64,000 nucleotides of DNA from the NCBI GenBank assembly GCA_003170275.1, contig PNAM01000053.1, positions 1 through 64,000 of the forward strand, read 5' to 3'. Below are positions 63,301 through 64,000 of this stretch, one piece after another. Position 1 is the stretch's first letter; every line of letters begins with the position of its first letter. The notes beneath the pieces are model-generated. The model did not search any database. It saw only the letters and a program-made list of their open reading frames with translations, and had not been told where the DNA came from. The DNA comes from Myxococcales bacterium (GTDB lineage: Bacteria; Myxococcota_A; Polyangia; Palsa-1104). The translations under genes were made by a program, and so were the position numbers.

Positions 63301-64000
63301 GTCGTGGCGCGAGAGCCACTCGACGTAGCGCACGCGCACGATCTCGGTCTTGCCGGCCGCGAGCTGCGGGATGCGCGCGCGGTAGCGATCGCCGCCCAGC
63401 CACTCGAGCGCGACGCCCGCCGTGCCGCCCCCTTGCGGCGCGGTCGGCACCACGCGCGGCACGTAGCGCCCGTTGAACAACAATCGATCGGGTAGCGCGT
63501 CGCCGGCGGCGACCTCGAAGTTGGCCAGGATCGCGCCCGGAGCCAACCGCAAGGTGTACACGCCCTCGAGCGTCTCGGAGCGCGGGTTGAAGAACACCTG
63601 CTCCACGTCGGTGACCACCAGATCGCGATCGATGGTCGCGCGCACGTCGTGGCGGCGCACCAGCAGCGGTACGCGCGCCGCGCCCACCTCGTCGGTGCGG
63701 CGCGCCGAGAGCTGACCGACCCCCGCGGGCTCGACGGGGCGCGGCGGTCCAGGCTCGGCCAGCCCGCCGGTCCAGTCGTCCCACTGCGCCTCGGGCTCCT
63801 CCTTGACCTCGCCGCCCCGGCCGATGCGCACCGACATGCCCGCTTCCAATCGGTTCGAGCTCTTCGCCGCGTAGGTGAGCTGGCCGGACACGCAGTAGGC
63901 GCGCGCGCCCGAGTCGTCGAGCTCGACGGCGAACCCGGCGCCGGTCGCGCTCAGGCTGCCGCCCGGCACGCCCACCGTCACCGCGTCGACCGCGCGCGCG
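60322..64000 (-). CDS. Large VIT + vWA + AgmX/PglI(TonB-C-like) + TPR protein; 5' end lies beyond the window
   Basis: VIT 'VEQVFFNP...LEGVY'; vWA 'LLVDVS', 'GATDL', 'YIGDG'; 'VRACY....P.LSGRV...I..GG'. Confidence 0.85.
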   Translation of the reverse strand, partial: ARAVDAVTVGVPGGSLSATGAGFAVELDDSGARAYCVSGQLTYAAKSSNRLEAGMSVRIGRGGEVKEEPEAQWDDWTGGLAEPGPPRPVEPAGVGQLSARRTDEVGAARVPLLVRRHDVRATIDRDLVVTDVEQVFFNPRSETLEGVYTLRLAPGAILANFEVAAGDALPDRLLFNGRYVPRVVPTAPQGGGTAGVALEWLGGDRYRARIPQLAAGKTEIVRVRYVEWLSRHDQRRTWVYAMGGGNPPLLGEFSLELDATRAGAQALEAGMGARVENNKVVLRRSDFRPRADFAVDLLDEKPATLPAYTVATSDDVGKGYVLVGVDPPFAPPPASLDLVLLVDVSAATDPTRLDLEKAVVDAILRQLTTRDRVAVLAASVDARPLGAAPPLAPLSSKRAEELLDALARQPPAGATDLGVALTTAAQLAGPEGVVVYIGDGRPTVGPLLPRELSDRLARLGDDLPRIFSVGVGADARGEILSAIASGALTTRVEDRPDAAHAAYRVLAAAALPTLRNVTVDLGSSVDVLYPAGPLTISAGEPLRLYGRLRGAAPVKLTLSGRRAGKPFTEEVKLAPVTIEEGGDLRRRWAAGRLGDLLSRGAGREAVTQIGTRFGLVTPWSALVTTDFGGTTYQPLQSFGDETGVPAALSDGPPDDTPIVLEEDTTSRPSGSSDLGALYQQVLGEHDEAVRACYDKKAANHPELSGRVELKIKIGLGGEIPDAKLLSSSLRDGEVEACMLRAVRAMRLPPPPDAKVRELVRAWQFEAEDGRLGASARCSAASHQYLSTRRGLWRERLGSNPGVEGAMAVWRQAERACELKTWLDRRALLDLLRPHVGRTLYQIDLFHRFPRAPDVQAYLKREILRAVRSADDVRAIRGGLSLDGGVSAELLEQQLKRAPDAVARIKVLRQFLALSPDGIALRVRLLELLEEAGQKEEASRVAYSLGGDPAADVTTRQRVGEFFARRGDASEAARAWSEIVEFAPFDPWARRRLGDLYGAHDRFEDAYREYSTLAWLLPNDSSVLLLLARAAAGAGRIDEALRLEDRLAETVEAGAGGHEVAAWAQAWHELRLAALRDGARRASDVALTARLAARSRESGVLSTGGAGRVLVGLTWAHPDARLQLELTAPGDQLARRAPVLGGAVGIEAVRLARLVPGAYRLAVRRPGAAETVRAFDATLWVLWDEGEASEKLTRIPVHLASGMHGVELTLNARELGPPRPITVVAR

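Overview
High-GC bacterial chromosome segment, most likely Myxococcota (inferred from MYXO-CTERM-like tails, Cys-rich lipoproteins, three Ser/Thr kinases and an AgmX/PglI-type C-terminal domain). It is almost entirely accessory and secretome DNA; rpsU is the only clear core gene. From left to right: (1) a mobile-element scar made of an IS3-like end and the 3' half of tRNA-Phe, followed by scattered gene fragments; (2) a probable surface-glycan tailoring cluster (2OG-Fe(II) oxygenase, GT-C-like membrane protein, SGNH proteins, radical SAM); (3) an extended chromate-resistance operon (chrB, DUF1259, atypical cytochrome lipoprotein, chrA, beta-propeller); (4) a LysR gene with paired operator-like palindromes; (5) an operon of two cytochrome c-like lipoproteins plus DUF2271, DUF4266 and DUF3570 but no apbE or thioredoxin, which is the best candidate for an undescribed system; (6) a stress-type cluster (DUF748, NRAMP, csbD); (7) many secreted hydrolases and lipoproteins; (8) a cfa/desaturase/CDP-alcohol transferase lipid locus; (9) an HTTM pair; (10) rpsU, a dual-REC regulator and a VIT/vWA protein. 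Two patterns span the window. About 10 genes have a TANNNT box 6-7 nt before the start codon (leaderless-type). Many exported proteins carry a recurring D-[LMF]-[AGS] linker motif. All family calls come from motif recognition by eye; no database searches were run.
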